Below are positions 37,983 to 50,880 of a stretch of 64,000 nt of DNA, piece after piece (the first letter of the stretch is position 1; each line of letters opens with the position of its first letter). The stretch is from Octopus vulgaris (Eukaryota): the NCBI GenBank assembly GCA_951406725.2, contig OX597820.1, positions 119,908,001 to 119,972,000 of the forward strand, given 5' to 3'. Below the pieces are notes generated by a model that had not been told where the DNA came from, did no database searches, and worked only from the letters and a program-made list of their open reading frames with translations. Made by a program: the position numbers and the translations under genes.

Positions 37983-39717
37983 AGATGATATTTTTGGCAG
38001 TAATTATGAAGTTCAAATGATGAGTAGAAAGTAGTTCTAGAAGTAGTAGTAGCAGTGTTGTAGTTGTTGGTGGTAGTAGTAGATATGTGAAGAAGAGAAC
38101 AATGAGGATGTTATTGTTGGGTATGATGGTAGTTGGTTGTAGGGATGGTGATAATGACGACGACGACGACGACGACGACGTGATGACGATGATGGTGATG
38201 AAGAAAAGAGGAGGCAGAAGAGAAGGATGATGGTTATGATAATGATGAGTTCGGTTGGGTGAAGGCTTGTGAATTTGTGGCTGACAAATCTTTATTTTAT
38301 TTGCTAAGTGAACTGGTACTTTTGATAATAACCAAATGGCAGTTTTAATGGGGAATGTTGTTGCGTATGTTTGTAGTAGTCTCTACTCATTATGGCATAT
38401 TAACGTTGTTACTTTGCTAAAGTGAGTCTACATTCATATACGTAGTGAAGCATTCGTAATTTGAAGTTTTCTCTTTCCTAAAAGCAGTGCGAATCTTTGA
38501 AGAAGAAAAACACAATGAAAGAAAGGAATTTCCTTCAGACATTACAAACAGATGATAGTAGCGTCAGTATGATACAGTGATGATGTCAAAGTTCAAAAGT
38601 TTCTGACATCGAAAGATGAAGTTGATGAGAAATTGATACGAACGAAGTTAATATTTGTGTATTGTTTAGTATTCTTGTTGAACTTGGAGTTTTTATTCTT
38701 TGAGCAGCTTTATTATTCTTATTTATTATTTATTTATTTTTTGTCTTTTATCGTTATTCACCCCCACCGTCTTTCCTTTGTTTGGTTCTGAAGAGAAATT
38801 GAATGAATTTAAAACCCTACCAGCTGGAAGACAAGTGTTAGGACCGGAGGTCAATCTGTAATGTCGGCCGACTCGCAAAGTAGCCATCTATCTCGTTTCA
38901 ATCAATGTTTAATGAGAATTCGATTGTATACACTGTGATCTGCATTTAATGGCCAGCAAGGAAAGTACAGTGAAAGGTGAAATCGTTATGTTATCGCTTC
39001 GGTGCCGTTGAGTCGGCCAACGTTTAGCGGAAAACTCATCGTTGAAATCGCCTTTTTGTGCCTGTCTGCCCGAGCTGCATCCACGTTCCTCGTGCAATCT
39101 ATTTGCCTTTTGGCTGCATCTGTCGTCGCCTTCATATTGGAATATTTATTTGTATTTGTTGGTTTCGTATCAGCATTTATTTCTGCTGTTTTTCTATCTT
39201 TGAATGTGTCTTCGTTTATTGATACATCACATCCACTTGCTTAGAGCATCATGTAATATATTCAAATAACAGTTCTCTGATCCAATTACTTAGACATTAA
39301 TCATCGCTTTTCTATGAATGTTCCTTGAAAATGTTAATTTTTTTTTAAATTTAAGCTTTCAGCCAGGTTTATATTGGTATTTGTTGTATATGAAAACTAT
39401 CAAAGGTGTTCAATAAACTTTTCAATCTTCTCGCACTTCAGACCAGCATTTGAACATTGATAGCTGAGTATTCCTAATCAATGTAAACATACATATGGTT
39501 TAAATGCTGTATTAATAAGTCTTGCGTAATTTTTCAACTTTATAGACACAGACCACCACCACCACAACAACAACAACAATAACAACAACAAAAAGAAAAA
39601 TCAACTTTTCCACAATTCAGGTTAAATTCTTTTTTAACTACAACAAATAATGGGACTCTGAACTTCATTAACATGTTTTTCAAATGATTTCCAAAAATGC
39701 TGCAGCAATTATAGAAT

Positions 39718-40157
39718 AGATATTTTCGGTTTGAACGGCAGTTTTTAACATAATTTCTAGGTAACTAAAAGATTTAAAACTTCGTATACTGGTAGAATGT
39801 GTTTATAAAACATTTTTTTCTCTTGGCTTTATTGAGAAAATTCTATAGTTTGTAAGATATTTGTTGTTTTTTTCCTTCAATTTCTGCAATTTCAAACAAT
39901 CACTGACGTCTATTGAGGTAAACAACATTCTGTGCCATATGAATATGTCCCTCGTTTAAGAAACAGATTGGGTTTATTTACATTTGTGAAGAAAAAAAGT
40001 TACCCTTCCCCACTCCTAACCCTAACCCTAATCTTAACCCTAACCCTAACCCTAAAACAGATTGAAATGCAATAGACCGATACTAGGGTCATAATTATGG
40101 GTGACAATTTCATATGACACCGCTAGAAAAAAACTGCCGTTCAAACCGAAAAGATCG
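39718..40157. mobile_element. MITE with ~29-bp TIRs, 8-bp TSD and internal (CCCTAA)n
   Basis: TIR (G)GATCTTTTCGGTTTGAACGGCAGTTTTT. TSD TATAGAAT at 39710-39717 and 40158-40165. Confidence 0.9.
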
Positions 40158-40459
40158 TATAGAATAAATGTAGTAATCGTAGGAAACTTCCCCAAGACAC
40201 TGCGAGAGAGGGATGCCCAACACATGGCAATGTTTCCACCAAACTTTCGCTTCAAGCGTCAAATTCTCTCTAAGCACGCTACCGAATGTAAAGTCTTGGA
40301 CCCATGTTTCGCAAACATCTCAGTATTCACTGAGTTATGCTCAACTATGACGAAGTGTGACAGCAACTATCAAATGCAATTCATTGCAATAGAAATACAT
40401 AGGCTTTAATGGATAAGTTCTTTTTGTTTTAAAAATAATGTGCCTCGTATTATATTTCT

Positions 40460-40876
40460 TATTTCTTTACTACCCACAAGGGGCTAAACACAGAGGGGAC
40501 AAATACAGATAGACAAAGGGATTAAGTCGATTACATCGACCCCAGTGTGCAACTGGTACTTAATTTATCGACCCCGAAAGGATGAAAGACAAAGTCAACC
40601 TCGGCGGAATTTGAACTCAGAACGTAACGGTAGACGAAATACCTATTTCTTTACTACCCACAAGGGGCTAAACACAGAGGGGACAAACACAGATAGACAA
40701 AGGGATCAAGTCGATTACATCGACCCCAGTGCGTAACTGGTACTTAATTTATCGACCCCGAAAGGATGAAAGACAAAGTCAACCTCGGCGGAATTTGAAC
40801 TCAAAACGTAACAGCAGACGAAATACCGCTAAGCATTTCGCCCTGCGCGCTAACGATTCTGCCAGCTCACCGCCTT
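40460..40876 (-). mobile_element. Family D SINE dimer
   Basis: Unit period 184 (40472, 40656). Head GGCGGTGAGCTGGCAGAATCGTTAGCG. 12-bp TSD TATTATATTTCT at 40448-40459 and 40877-40888. Confidence 0.9.
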
Positions 40877-41764
40877 TATTATATTTCTGCCAATGCAATT
40901 CCTGAATATATTCCGGAATCAATTGCACACACACACATACACATATGCCTAAAAATATATATGAACATTATGTGGGATGTCTATATGGAGATAATGTAGG
41001 ATATGTCTCTGGATGCTGCCCATGTCCTCGTCACTGTGGGCAATGGTGGTAGTTTAGAGTCGTACTGATAGCTTTGAATTATTTTCATCGTAAAACTAAT
41101 TGTTGTCATCGATAGTAACATTGTAGCACGCTTTCATTGAGGTTTGTTCTGGCCAATCTAACTAACGATCTCTCCCCACACTATCCCTTTCTATCTCTTT
41201 TTTGCTCTCTGTATATCTGTATCTAACAATGTAGCTAGCTGACTCTCTCACTCTGGATTTTTCAATATGAAATACATGTCGCTTAACAGAAAGAAATCAG
41301 CTCGGTTATATTCCAGTAATTCTAACGCTGGTCGATGTCACTTTGATCTAAGATTTGTCTGCCTATATCACATATAACAACCAGATAACTTTTCAGTTTC
41401 TTTGTTATCGGAAGATTTTACTGGCGCCAATCTAATTTGCTCAGACGGGATGATCAAAAGAAACAATTTTTATAGTTATTCATTTCTCACAGCTAAATCT
41501 TTTAACAGTCTTCTGCGAAGCCCAAAGAAACTATATAAGTCACACATTTAGTATTAGCATTTAGTGCAAGTACATTGATATATCATAAATAGCAAATCAC
41601 ATGAATAACGAAAATTCTGACATTATATTTAGCTCCTAGCAACATTCGAAACAAGTATGCTTTACGTTCGAAACAAAGAAGGTATCTCATAATTTCCTGA
41701 AAAAGTCATTTGGCAAAATAATTGTTTCTAATATAGACATAAACCCTGAATGTTTGGGGCGTGC

Positions 41765-41918
41765 GGGGAGTCGATTACAACGACCGCAGTCCTTGACTGG
41801 TATATAACTTTATCGTACTTCGTAGAATGAAAGCCAAAGTTAACCTCGGCGAGATTTGAACTTAAATAGGTCGAATAAATATCACTCTGCATCTTGTTCG
41901 AAATGCTAACGACTCTGT
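41765..41918 (-). mobile_element. Degenerate family D SINE
   Basis: GTCGATTACAACGACCGCAGT...AATGAAAGCCAAAGTTAACCTCGGCGAGATTTGAAC aligns with family D. Confidence 0.6.
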
Positions 41919-42318
41919 TTCACCTAAATTTGAGTATGTGTTGAACGAAGGGAGAATAATTTTATGGGCGAGTATAGTGTAACATGACATGAAATAAATG
42001 GTGGAGAAAACACGATTAAAGAACTTAACGTATTTTCTTGCATGGAAGCTTGCACGCAGTTATAGTCCAAAGACTTTCTAGAAATAACAGTAAATTTCTG
42101 CTTATCTAATAAGCTGAAATATTGAACACGAAGGACATATTAGATTATATATTACAAGTTGCTCTCGGCGTGAAATAACCTTTCAGTTACGGTTGATATA
42201 GGATGCAAAGACGATGTCATCCCGTATTCTGAATTAAAAGTCATTAGAACAACTTGTAAAAGTATGCCGATGGAATCGACATATACATACACAAACGCAC
42301 AGACACACAATCAAGCAC

Positions 42319-42405
<87 letters not shown>

Positions 42406-42960
42406 CTGTCAGGTCACTTCCGAGTGCTACTGGTAACATGTAACCCAGTACAACCTGTTGCATGGTCGGGTCGTCGGCAACTAAACCGGCAACCCCAACA
42501 AGCTTGCTTGGTGAGGAGGGTGTTTAGTGGATACCCTGCGGGATGAAAAACAAAACTCGTCAAAAGGCGGAGGAACTGTTGAGACTCAACGGCCATCCAA
42601 TAAATGTCTTAAGGCTGGATCATGCGCGGGGACATAGAAATAATCGGACTGATTACCCGATCGTGTGGTTAAACCATTGAGAGTGAAGGACTCCTAGCCT
42701 TTGTTAGGGCATCCTTCTAGGAGAAGGTAACTCAGGTAACTGGGATAACTCCGACATAAAACCTGCGGCTCAGTGGTTACCGGTGATGTTGACTTGTTCT
42801 TCTTTTCGGATTATGGCTGCTGTTGCTTAGTGAGTGGGATTGACTCAGTGCACAGCCTTTTCTCACTTTAAAAAGAATCTTCTTGCACAGGAATTGCATG
42901 ATAATAACTTTGATTAAGCTTCGTGCAATGGCCATATTCAATAACGAGGGGGCAGCCACC
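42406..42960 (+). mobile_element. Probable RTE-type 5' UTR-derived non-autonomous element
   Basis: GC-richer block between (TA)n tracts containing GGGCATCCTTCTAGGAGAAGGTAACTC and CAGCCTTTTCTCACTTTAAAAAGAATCTTCTTGCACAGG, which resemble RTE 5' UTRs (from recall, not searched). Confidence 0.4.
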
Positions 42961-42991
42961 ATATGTATATATATATATATATAAGTATATA

Positions 42992-43400
42992 CATAAAGAG
43001 GAGAATTCACAAAAACACAAAAGACGAACACAGCTGGTGTAGACAACAAACAGATATATTAGTATAACGCTCGAGAAATGAAAAATTCTTTAACGTTTCG
43101 AGCCTACGCTCTTTCACAGAAAGTAACACAGAAAGAAACAAAAGATAAAGAATATGTAGTGGCTGCCGATCTATCATGGTGAATGTCGGACAGAAGGATC
43201 ACACAGGAGAGCTAGGGAGAAGGGGGGATCATAAAGTAGTGGTGAGCCGAAAACGAAGGTGCGCGTATGTGTATATAAGGGAGTTTGTATGTGCGTGTGG
43301 AAGAGGGTTGGTGATCTTCATGTGGGCGTGTGTGTTTGTGTTTGTGTAGGTGTGAAAATGTGGGTCTGGGAAGTGGTCAGTGCTGGTGTGTGTGTGTGTG
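42992..43400 (-). mobile_element. Probable Penelope-like terminal repeat with hammerhead-like motif at 43088-43123
   Basis: Minus CTTT-CTGTGAA-AGAGC GTAG GCTC-GAAA-CGTT-AAAG. 43178-43400 recurs inverted at 47566-47801. Confidence 0.5.
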
Positions 43401-43516
43401 TGCGCGTGTTTGTTTACCTGTGTATGTAGTATTAGCTTGTGAAATGTGCATTGTACTTGCTTCTAAAATTAAAAATATATGAATTAAGAGGATGTAACAT
43501 GGTACGGGAGATATTG

Positions 43517-43828
43517 TGTGGAGGCACATGGCCTAGGGGTTAGAGCAGTGGACTCGCGGTCGAGGGATCGTGGGTTCGAATCTCAGACCGGACGATGTGT
43601 GTGTTTATGAGCGAAACACCTAAGCTCCACGCGGCTCCGGCAGAAGGTAATGGCGAAACTTCTGCTGACTCTTTCGCCACAACTTTCTCTCACTCTTTCC
43701 TCCTGCATCTTGCAGCTCATCTGCGACGGACCGGCGTCCCGTCCAGGTGGGGAACCTATACGCCAAGGAAACCGGGAAACCGGCCCTTATGAGCCATGCA
43801 TGGCTCGAGAAGGAACAAACAACAACCA
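43517..43828 (+). mobile_element. Family B-headed SINE with a distinct tail
   Basis: Head GTGGAGGCACATGGCCTAGGGGTTAGAGCAG...GGTTCGAATCTC. Tail ...GGAAACCGGCCCTTATGAGCC...AACAAACAACAAC. Confidence 0.85.
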
Positions 43829-44452
43829 ATATATCTCGTTACGAATAGTACTACTCTCGCTAACAGTTATTTTGCTTGTATCCCACCGGATTTTGCTAAT
43901 ACACTAACCATTATGACACTTTTCCAACACGACTGATTTTCATTCTGGCATCCGGTGCGAGGTTTGGATGCCAGTGACGATCCTCAGAATTGGTGATATC
44001 ACGTGACACAGCAGTGGCATCTACTTGCGCAAACGATTATTACGTCAGCTTTAATAGTCGGGGCTTAATGAACGCAAGTCGTCAACATGAAATGGTATCT
44101 CTGGACGTTAATAGCAGTTTAAACGCGATCGACACAACTCTTCCAATTTAGATGTGCTAATTAGTATTCATTACGAATACCCTCCTGTCTCTAATAGCTA
44201 ATTTGGTAATTCATTCGTTTCCTTAAAACTATAACTGTTGGTGCCTCAGTGGTGGTGGTGGCTGGTGTTTAAATGAATGTAAGAACGACAAAACAGCGAC
44301 ATGATTGGAAGCGGCAATGACGAATGTAAATGCAAAAGTACACAGAATGAGTTTTCGGTTAGAAAACAAAGACTCACTCAAAATATGGATTCAAGCAAAA
44401 CTTTTTACTAGAAATAATCAGTTTGTCGTACGCAGAATCGAAAGTGTATGTA

Positions 44453-44848
44453 TCTCTTTTACTCTTTTACTCTTTCACTTGTTTCAGTCATTTGACTGTG
44501 GCCATGCTGCAGCACCGCCTTTAGTCGAGAAAATCGACCTCAGGACCTATTCATTGTAAGCCTAGCACTTATTCTATCGGGGACGTACACACACCAGCAT
44601 CGGTTGTAAAGCGATGTGGGGGGGGGGGGACAAACACAGACACACAAACACAGACACACACATACATATATATATACATATATATGATGGGCTTCTTTCA
44701 GTTTCCGTCTACCGAATCCACTCACAAGGCTTGCTCAGTCTGAGGCTATAGTAGAAGACACTTGCCCAAGGTGCCACGCAGTGGGACTGAACACGGAACC
44801 ATGTGGTTGGTAAGCAAGCTACTTACCACACAGCCACTCCTGCGCCTA
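44453..44848 (-). mobile_element. SINE family A
   Basis: Reverse-complement match to 9662-10083. Confidence 0.9.
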
Positions 44849-44888
44849 TTATGTTTATAATATATGTATATCTGTGTTTGTATGTATA

Positions 44889-45390
44889 CCTACCAACAGA
44901 GGTAGAAGCACCCCGAACATTGCTCAGCTTATTCTTATTCTAGCAGCCACACTCTCAGAGCATCCACCTCCTTTGCTGACTTTGTCACCTAGATAACGGA
45001 AGCTATCAACTACTTCTAGGTATCTTCCTTGGAATTTGATGGAGTCCATTTTCTTTACATTTCTAGTGTTTATTGTACCTGTGCATTTGCCACACATAAA
45101 CACTGTTTTCAATGTTAACCTTCCTCTGATATTGTTGCACCTTTTATGTGTCCATAGCTTGCACTGGGTTCATTTTATGGAATTTCTACCTACGTCTTCT
45201 CTACACATCAAACAGGGCCATCTACCTGAAGAGATTTGCAACTTGTCTGCTTTCCTATTTACTAAGACCTTGGTTTTTGGTAAATTAACACTTTGATTCT
45301 AGACCTTGCCTCCACACCTGGCTTTTCTTCTCTAGTTCTGGTATTAAATCAGTCATAAGAACAAGGTGATCTGCACATAAGAGCTCCCCG
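44889..45390 (-). pseudogene. RTE-clade RT fragment with embedded C4HC3 (PHD-like) finger
   Basis: ELLCADHLVL (decayed YADD)...VNLPKTKVL...WPCLMCREDVGRNSIK*TQCKLWTHKRC...FMCGKC...LEVVDSFRYLGD...VAARIRIS. Confidence 0.8.
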
Positions 45391-45404
45391 GACCAGCCTG
45401 ATTT

Positions 45405-45842
45405 TTTTTTATTTACCAAGTCCTAAATTCCCCACAGGAGGGGGTATCCACAATAAGACAAGCATCAGCCGTTCCATTCATTTCCCAGCTGAAAGAGGCG
45501 ATATCCGTCCTATGCTCGGGTCAAAGCATAGAACGCAACCCCCCGATATCAGCAGCGGGGCCCGACAGAATTCGCCGCATCATGCTAGTTCTGTACTCGG
45601 TCGAGCAACATAAATTCACTCATCCGTCCACAAACACTCTCCAAGCTGTCCTATCATCAACAAATGCTCTTGCCTCTCTCACTCCAACACCTCTAACCAT
45701 TAAAGCTTTCTTCACTCCATCCATCCACACAAACCGATGCCTACCTCTGGTTCCGCTTCCTACCATATCTATCTTCATCACACTCCTTACTATCCGCTCC
45801 TCATCCATCCTCTCCATGTGGCCAAACCACCTCAACATTTGT
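45405..45842 (-). mobile_element. RTE-clade LINE 3' end (ORF C-terminus and 3' UTR)
   Basis: MLRWFGHMERMDEERIVRSVMKIDMVGSGTRGRHRFVWMDGVKKAL...DRTAWRVFVDG*. Confidence 0.85.
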
Positions 45843-46994
45843 CTATCTCCTTTAACCGGGAAATTATATTGGCCTTTAGGCAACGCTCATAGAAGTCGAT
45901 TGATTGTCATGAAGATGCCTGGTAAAACACTTGAAACTCGGCCTCGCCTACGTGCAGCATCCTATCTCTGTTTCTGTTTTCTACTATTATTGCAGCCGCT
46001 GCACCACTTTTCAAGCTTATATCATGCCATTTGCATATTGACGTCTTCGTCAACTATATTGTATATTGTGTTCAGCCCAAGGCCCAATGGTGAGCATAAT
46101 AAATAGATCATTTACCCTACAAAATATATGAAACATAAATTTTGATTATTATTTTTTCACACGTCGTATAATCAAGAATGTGGATGAGAAACAACCAGCA
46201 TTATCAACACCAGTTTTCATGAATTTGAGCAAAACTGCTATGCTCAAAGTAGGAAATAAATAAGACAGAATTTAACATTTTTATTGCAAGTAGAGAATGA
46301 AAAAAAAATACAAAACAGTATTAACATTCTGATAAAAACAATCTCATAAGTTGACCAGAAATAGAAGCCAACCGCATGCAGAGACAACACACATACACAC
46401 CGACCCCCACACGCAGAAAAAATACACATACACTAACTTATCCTCGTATAAATACAATAAGTCACACATGACTCTGTATACAAGATTCAATTTTAGAATA
46501 AACAGAGATGCTGCATCTCGGTACCAAGTGGAGTGTTCTTTGTATTTACCTATATTAAATATACGAAGCCAGAAAATAAAAGAAACAGCTATGAAAATTA
46601 TAACAAGTCCAATTATTTTGCTAGACTGTAAATACACACAGTTGTTTATGTCGGAATTCCTCGGGGATTCACGTGAAAAGAATTTAAATAATATTTTCTT
46701 AGCAAGTTGAAAACACTTACCAAACAAATCCCCTGTAGTCTTCGGAAATAAAGGTAGAACAGTTTTTTTTTTGTTATTTTAGGAAAACACGTTTAGGAGT
46801 CGGTAGAAATTTAAAAAAATAAAGAAAATATGATTTTCAGTGACATAAATATATTTTTTAACACCAGTATAGATTCACACACAATATATAGTTGCATGCG
46901 TGTATAAATATATTCATATGTGTGTGTGTGTGCGCGAGTGTTTATACACATACATGTATACACAACTTTACGAATACGTGTGAGTACATATAAA

Positions 46995-47300
46995 TGTGTG
47001 TTTGTTTGTTTTATACATAGGTATTAAATATATAGGTATTCATATACATATAATATACGTATAATATACATATATATGTGTGTGTGTGTTTGTTTTATAC
47101 ATAGGTATTAAATATATAGGTATTCATATACATATAATATACGTATAATATACATATATATGTGTGTGTGTTTGTTTTATACATAGGTATTAAATATATA
47201 GGTATTCATATACGTATAATATACGTATAATATTCATATATATGTGTGTGTGTTTGTTTTATATATAGGTATTAAATATATAGGTATTCATATACGTATA
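46995..47300. repeat. ~82-bp minisatellite, ~3.5 copies
   Basis: TTTGTTTTATACATAGGTATTAAATATATAGGTATTCATATAC recurs four times. Confidence 0.9.
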
Positions 47301-47565
47301 AATGTGTACGTTCACGCATACACACACATATGCCTGCGCGTGTGTGTATGTATATGAAATATTTAATAGCCACTACAGTCGCATTAATACCAAAATGTAA
47401 TATTCATCTCCATTTAAATGTAGATCTTCAGAACACAGCATACCACGTTATTTATCATCAGAGAACCTCCGGTATGGACTGATGATGCCAGGAGACTGTC
47501 ATCGGACCCCGCCGCGGGAGCCACCACATCACTTTCTTTCAGCCTTTCTTGGCTCTATCAATGCC

Positions 47566-47566
47566 T

Positions 47567-47600
<34 letters not shown>

Positions 47601-47801
47601 AGCACTGACCATTTCCCAGACCCACATTTTCACACCTACACAAACACACACGCACACGTGAAGATCACCAGCCCTCTTCCACACGCACATACAAACTCCC
47701 TTATATACACATACGCGCACCTTCATTTTCGGATCACCACTACTTTATGATCTCCCCTTCTCCTTAGCTCTCCTGTGTGACCCTTCTGTCCGACATTCAC
47801 C
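47566..47801 (+). repeat. Inverted copy of 43178-43400
   Basis: CACCAGCACTGACCATTTCCCAGACCCACATTTTCACACC...CCTTCTGTCCGACATTCACC. Confidence 0.85.
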
Positions 47802-48451
47802 GACATTAACAGCATCTCTGTGTCTGTTCAGACACTGAGGTCGCAAATAGCCGTTGGGCATATTAAAAAATAATAACCGCCTGCTTCCGCCACCTCAATT
47901 ATTTTTTACTTCTCTCTCAATTATTTTTTACCAAGCTTTCTGGATAATTGCTGATTATCCAGAAGAAACACTGAGACACTATATAAATCGTTGACAGAGG
48001 AATTGATGCTATATATAGCCAAGGACGCCTGGCACTGAAAGGGCCAAGAGCAACCGAAATCACGCGATCTGGCAGTTCCCGCGGTAGTGAACAAGTATCT
48101 CCCAACAGCGATTTAAACACAGTGTTTTTATGTAATAGAATCCAGAAGGTTCTCTTATGGTAAATCCAGATGTCAGGTACTCTTATGACAGTTTGTCTAA
48201 TGTGTGACTTAAAAAAAACATCCACTTTTTGTATATTTTCGAAAGGAATTTCTGAAATCTGTAATCGCTTTAAAAAATTCCAATAGAAAGGTTTGTAAAT
48301 AGATACAGTATAGCGTAACGGAGGTCTTACAAGAAACAAAACAATGCTAAAGCAACAATCCTTTCATTCGTACACACTCATACAAATATATATATATGTA
48401 CGGATATAAATATAATGCATACATGTTTGTCGTAAGTATCTTGTTTTCTAA

Positions 48452-48566
48452 CCACCTTGGGCAAGTGTTTTCTACTATAGCCTCGGGCCAACCAAAGTTT
48501 TGTTAATGGATTTAGTAGACGAAAACTGAAAGAAGCTCATCGTATATACATATATATATATGTATG

Positions 48567-48629
<63 letters not shown>

Positions 48630-48895
48630 GTATGTATATGTATATATATATATATGTGTGTGTGTGTTTGTGTGTTTGTGTGTGTGTGTGTATGTTTGTG
48701 TCTGTGGTTGTCCCCACAACATCACTTTACACCCGATGTTGGTGTGTTTACGTCTCTGTAACTTAGCGGTTCGGCAAAAAGCACCGATACAATAAGTACT
48801 AGGCTTACAAAGAAGTAGTCCTTGGATCGACTAAAGGCGGTGCTCCAGCATAGTCGCTGTCAAATGACTGAAATAAGTAAAAACATAAAAGAAAT
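48452..48895 (+). mobile_element. SINE family A, head truncated
   Basis: Begins at CACCTTGGGCAAGTG. Internal (TA)n(TG)n. Family tail present. Confidence 0.85.
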
Positions 48896-49297
48896 ACATA
48901 TACTGACGTGTGTGTGTGTGTGTATGTATGTGTGTCTAAATATATGCGTATATATACACATACATATACACACATATATATATATGCATGACATAAGAAT
49001 ATATAAATGACTATGTGCCTGTTTGTACATGTATGTGTGTGCGTGTCGGGGTATGTGTCTCTGCGCATGCGCGTATGTATGAATTATTGTATCAAGATTG
49101 TCAACTAGTTGCGGGGATGTTACTAAAACTTGATACCAATACATAATGAGCAGCCGTGTCACCACTCATATAGATGAACTCACATCAATTAATAACACTG
49201 CGTTACAACTTACACAACTTTTTTTATTTCCACCAATATTCATATAATTAACTATCACATAGAAAGATATCTGCAGAAAAATTATATATATATATAC

Positions 49298-49357
<60 letters not shown>

Positions 49358-49435
49358 AAATATTAGGGAATAAATCAAAACTTACAGGGAAAAAATCAGA
49401 TTTAGGATTGAATCCAATTTTATAGTAAAATATTA

Positions 49436-49633
49436 TATTATATTAAATTAGAGATAAAACCACTATTAGCCAAATCATACAATGAAAAACTTAAGCCAAT
49501 AAATCGTAGTGTTATTCTAATTATCTTTTTTAATAATTTTGATATATATTTAAATAATATAAATTAATTAATCTTATGTATTGGCTTAAGTTTTTCATTG
49601 TATGATTTGCCTAATAGTGGTTTTATCTCTAAT

Positions 49634-49645
<12 letters not shown>
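49436..49645. repeat. Inverted repeat, ~65-bp arms
   Basis: ATATTAAATTAGAGATAAAACCACTATTAG...AACTTAAGCCAATA versus TATTGGCTTAAGTT...CTAATAGTGGTTTTATCTCTAATTTAATAT. Confidence 0.85.
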
Positions 49646-49689
<44 letters not shown>

Positions 49690-50500
49690 CCCATCCATTT
49701 CTGCAATGAAATCGAACACCGATCGTCAGATTTATAACTGTAACGTGTTTTGTGTTTTTTTTTTTTACTCATTTATTTGGAAGCTAGTTCTTCGTGCGCA
49801 TGTACGTCGCGCACATGCTCCAGGTAATGAACCGTATATGTATCCATGTATCTTAAGATTTTTAAATCCAATGTAAACGTTAAAGTTGTCGTGATATTTT
49901 TACTTTACTTCATTTCATTTGTAAACACAACTGTTTATATAATCGTCCTTAACGTATATTTTCTCAAACATATAATCCGGCGATTATTCGGGTTCTTTTT
50001 GTTGTTCCGTGCTACTTTACTTTCATCTGAAATTCTTTAAATAATAACGTCTTTTGTTTAGATTTAAAAAAAAATATTGGAATATTTGATATTTTCTATT
50101 TAATTACCTTAATGTCACTAATATGCGCTTATGTGTGTTTCTTTTATATTCCTCTGCTTTTGTTTCAATATTGAAAGAGCTATCGTTTGTCGCCACTTCA
50201 CGATTTTCTTTTAACAACTGATCCGCCATATTTTCTTTATGTTTTAATATGCTTTGTTTGTATTTAGCTATATGCAAATTATCCATGTCCTCCGAAAGTT
50301 TTTCTTCGATAATGTTATTACTATTATCAATAACTCAATTCCTGTCTGTTTACATATTATGTAAGATATCAAGCGTTACAATAAGATTAACAGTTCGCTT
50401 GATCGGAATCATAATTCATTTTGAAAATTCAGAAAGATATATGAAGGATTACACAACATGGCACGCTTGTATACGCGAACAATAGACAATCAATCATGAT

Positions 50501-50502
<2 letters not shown>

Positions 50503-50559
<57 letters not shown>

Positions 50560-50822
50560 ACACGCACGTACAAACATACACACACACACGCACACACACA
50601 TACATACACATACACACACGTACAAACATACACACACACATACACACATACATACACACACACACACGTACAAACACACACACATACACACATACACACA
50701 CACATACAAACACACATACATACACACGTACAAACACACACACACACTCACACACACGTACAAATACACACACACACACACGTACAAACACACACACACA
50801 CGTACAAACACACACACACGTA

Positions 50823-50859
<37 letters not shown>

Positions 50860-50880
50860 ACAAACACACACAAACACACA
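50503..50880. repeat. (CA)n-derived array punctuated by CGTACAAA
   Basis: Direct reading. Confidence 0.9.

Noticed and set aside
37489-38020. Poly-I/S/G/P/L ORFs resembling a low-complexity protein
   Set aside because: Compound triplet microsatellite, open in several frames on both strands
38985-39240. Minus-strand open frame (...MKATTDAAKRQIDCTRNVDAARADRHKK...) as a host exon
   Set aside because: No recognisable domain and no good splice acceptor; cannot be supported without transcript data
40015-40054. Interstitial telomere or chromosome fusion scar
   Set aside because: The hexamers are an internal part of a TSD-flanked MITE seen in two copies
47395-47500. CTGAAGA/CTGATGA motifs with adjacent hairpins
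   Set aside because: No correctly placed GAAA box or stem I
50104-50335. Minus-strand charged ORF MDNLHIAKYKQSILKHKENMAD... as a host exon
   Set aside because: Short, with an in-frame stop just upstream and no recognisable homology
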